Source of the DNA: Patescibacteria group bacterium
GTDB taxonomy: Bacteria > Patescibacteriota > WWE3 > UBA101185 > UBA10185
Assembly (NCBI GenBank): GCA_018825365.1
Contig: JAHJEV010000003.1
Location: 68,284-106,669 of the forward strand
Length of the DNA stretch: 38,386 bases
Direction of reading: 5' to 3'
The position numbers were made by a program, and so were the translations under genes. Of the stretch, positions 36,238 to 38,386 are shown piece after piece. The number at the start of each line of letters is the position of its first letter. Position 1 is the first letter of the stretch. The notes beneath the pieces were generated by a model. The model had not been told where the DNA came from. It saw only the letters and a list, made by a program, of their open reading frames with translations, and ran no database searches.

Positions 36238-37512
36238 TCAATTTTTCCAAAACTTCTTTTCCTTTTTCTTCAGCACGATCGCTAACTCCCTGTGCGGCAT
36301 TTTTATCTTTCTTGGAAGTACAACGAGAGCATACAAGGCAGAAATTATTATTAAAATCCCTGCAAATAGAAAAGATGCTCCAAAATCAGATTTATAACAG
36401 ATATAACCCATTAACACGGGTCCTATCGTATAAGCTAAATTTCCGGATAGTTGATTAATGCTTACCAGATCCTGCTTTGTAGTATCAAGCCTGGTGATGT
36501 AATCCTCAAAAGTTGCGCAGATTAAAACCGTTGCAACATCATAGCCAATTGAAATTAAAACCACAAGACCCAAGATAGTAAATATATTACTGGAAAGACC
36601 AAGAAAAATTAGTGAAATTCCAGCCCCTATTCCTGCAACCAAGGCCGTCCGTTTCTTACCAAGTGATTGATACAGATGTGGAATAATCCATCCTATAAAA
36701 ATTGTTGGAAGACAGTACAAAATTAAAAACATCCCTCCCCATTTACTTTCAACTCTTAGCTTTTCGGCGTACAAAACCCCAGTTGTCCAGAAAGTTACAT
36801 CCAAAAGAGTAATCGCGAAGCTAAAAATAACCAGTGCCCATATTCTTTTTGTTAAAACCTTGATAATACTCAGTTCCTTCCAAAAACTTCGTGGTTTTTC
36901 ATCAGCACTTTGATTTCCATAATCTTTTTTCTTGTAAAAACTCATAAAGACGAAAAATACAAGCATTGTTATAGCAGTAATTATTAAAGATGCGTAAAGT
37001 GGAAGGTTAGTTTGTTTGCTCACAAGATATACTGTTATTGCAGGGCCAAGCATGTAAGATGTTGATTGAAATATAGTCATGACGGACCACGCTAGAGTGT
37101 TTTTTTCGGTTGGTAAAAATCGATGTACAAAATCGTATTTGGAGTAATTTCTCATCTCGTAATAAACGGACCATATAATCATTGCAAATATAAATGGAAG
37201 AAGATCTCTGGGTAAAAATAAAAAAGCCAAGGGCAGTCCCAGCGCAAACAGCAAAGTCCCTCCCATAAAGAAGGTATAGTCTTTAAGTGAGAAAAACTGG
37301 GCAATAATGAAATTTAAAAACATTCCGAAAAACGCAGACACTGATAAAACGGCACCTACTAAAAATGTGTTATTGAGCTTGTCCTGAATTATGACCGGAG
37401 CCATGTAAGACATAATCCCGTCATGCAGTGAAATCAGAAAGATAATAAATGAAAAAACAATGAGCGGGATGTATAACTTAAGCCTTTGCTTTCTTCGGGC
37501 AGAAAAACTCAT
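36238..37512 (-). CDS. MFS transporter
   Basis: About 12 hydrophobic helices in a 6+6 arrangement; LGKKR loop; GP motifs in TM5 and TM11. Confidence 0.85.
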   Translation of the reverse strand: MSFSARRKQRLKLYIPLIVFSFIIFLISLHDGIMSYMAPVIIQDKLNNTFLVGAVLSVSAFFGMFLNFIIAQFFSLKDYTFFMGGTLLFALGLPLAFLFLPRDLLPFIFAMIIWSVYYEMRNYSKYDFVHRFLPTEKNTLAWSVMTIFQSTSYMLGPAITVYLVSKQTNLPLYASLIITAITMLVFFVFMSFYKKKDYGNQSADEKPRSFWKELSIIKVLTKRIWALVIFSFAITLLDVTFWTTGVLYAEKLRVESKWGGMFLILYCLPTIFIGWIIPHLYQSLGKKRTALVAGIGAGISLIFLGLSSNIFTILGLVVLISIGYDVATVLICATFEDYITRLDTTKQDLVSINQLSGNLAYTIGPVLMGYICYKSDFGASFLFAGILIIISALYALVVLPRKIKMPHRELAIVLKKKEKKFWKN

Positions 37513-37557
37513 ATTTATAATATTAACAGGTTAGGGAAACGTTGTAATTAGAGTCTT

Positions 37558-37633
37558 TGGAGCGACGGACCGGGGTCGAACCGGCGACCTTCTCCTTGGA
37601 AGGGAGACGTTCTACCAACTGAACTACCGTCGC
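37558..37633 (-). tRNA. tRNA-Gly(TCC)
   Basis: GCGACGG/CCGTCGC acceptor, TCTCC-CT-TCC-AA-GGAGA anticodon arm, TCCA. Confidence 0.97.
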
Positions 37634-37648
37634 CTGTCTTAGTACCCT

Positions 37649-37891
37649 TTATTCTATACCATCGCTAAGCAGCTGATCAAACGGAGACGGCTCGTCATTT
37701 TCGAGTTCCGCAATGTAATCAACTTCGCGTATTTTCTTCTTCGGCTGCTTCTTTACAATTCCCAGCGCTTCTTGCACATCTTCAGGCAAATCCTCGTGTT
37801 CTGGTATAACTTGGTCTTTATCTTCCTCCTCAACTATAACTTTTTTGATCTGTTTTTTAGTTTCTTTTATTTTTTTAGGCATGTCTTTCAT
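37649..37891 (-). CDS. Small highly charged hypothetical protein
   Basis: 80-aa K/E/D-rich ORF ending 15 nt upstream of tRNA-Gly. Confidence 0.6.
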   Translation of the reverse strand: MKDMPKKIKETKKQIKKVIVEEEDKDQVIPEHEDLPEDVQEALGIVKKQPKKKIREVDYIAELENDEPSPFDQLLSDGIE

Positions 37892-37945
37892 TGATAAATT
37901 TGTAAAATATTTTTAAATTGTACATAAGTGTAATACAATATTTCC

Positions 37946-38386
37946 ATGACAAGTTCAAGTACAGTTTTTGATGTAATCATAATAGGGAGCGGTCCGGCGG
38001 GTTCAACGGGAGCTTTATATACCTCCAGAGCATCCTTAAAGACGTTAGTTATAGGGGGTAATCCACCAGGAGGGCAACTTGTAAATACGACTTTGGTGGA
38101 AAATTTTCCAGGATTTCCAAATGGGATTTTGGGTCCGGAGTTAGTTTCAAATATTAGAAAGCAGATGAAAAACTATGGATCAACTGTTGTTGACGAAAAT
38201 GTCGTTAAGGTTTCCGGTTCGTTTAAAGATGGATTTACCGTAGAGACTGATTTAAATAATAAATATATTGGAAAAACTATTCTTGTGGCTTCCGGATCTT
38301 CAGCCAAATGGCTTGGACTTGAAAGCGAGCAAAGACTAAAAGGATATGGGGTCTCCGCCTGTGCGGTTTGTGACGGACCATTGTAC
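37946..38386 (+). CDS. trxB: Thioredoxin-disulfide reductase, runs off the right edge
   Basis: Not in the ORF track. Manual translation: DVIIIGSGPAG...GGQL...VENFPGF...GVSACAVCDG. Confidence 0.95.
   Translation, partial: MTSSSTVFDVIIIGSGPAGSTGALYTSRASLKTLVIGGNPPGGQLVNTTLVENFPGFPNGILGPELVSNIRKQMKNYGSTVVDENVVKVSGSFKDGFTVETDLNNKYIGKTILVASGSSAKWLGLESEQRLKGYGVSACAVCDGPLY

Noticed and set aside
5003-36458. Many 60-125-aa ORFs nested in or antisense to long genes (e.g. 5003, 5621, 7088, 7976, 11763, 15650, 17916, 18231, 22100, 28420, 32043, 36219)
   Set aside because: Shadow frames of well-supported genes, with no start signals or motifs.

Overview
AT-rich bacterial chromosome segment. Gene content and style (GT-C glycosyltransferases, lysozyme-like paralogues, mostly leaderless genes, many orphans) suggest a Patescibacteria/CPR genome; this is an inference. 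Core-type genes include iscS-iscU-mnmA, a Ddl-like ligase, a Ca/Na antiporter, YbaK, an MFS transporter, partial trxB and five minus-strand tRNAs: Leu-TAG, Pro-TGG, Leu-TAA, Arg-TCT and Gly-TCC. The main unexplained structure is a 29-bp intergenic motif, consensus TGGTGGGCCATCTGTCAGGATGTGCGAAC, seen 7 times in the same orientation and only downstream of the two tRNA-Leu genes. It begins with the reverse complement of the tRNA-Leu 3' end, has an 11-6-11 imperfect dyad, and separates compact 1-2-gene cassettes (HerA-type ATPase pair, coiled-coil pair, AbiE toxin-antitoxin, surface proteins, methyltransferase, HEXXH protein). This looks like integron-like cassette arrays anchored at tRNA-Leu, with no recombinase gene in the window. 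Other observations are a degenerate tRNA-Leu copy that keeps its promoter, a BstXI-like restriction-modification pair, five dispersed orphan genes each with promoter, strong Shine-Dalgarno and terminator, and a deletion scar fusing a response regulator start to a MacB permease end. All protein calls come from motif recognition by eye; no database searches were run.
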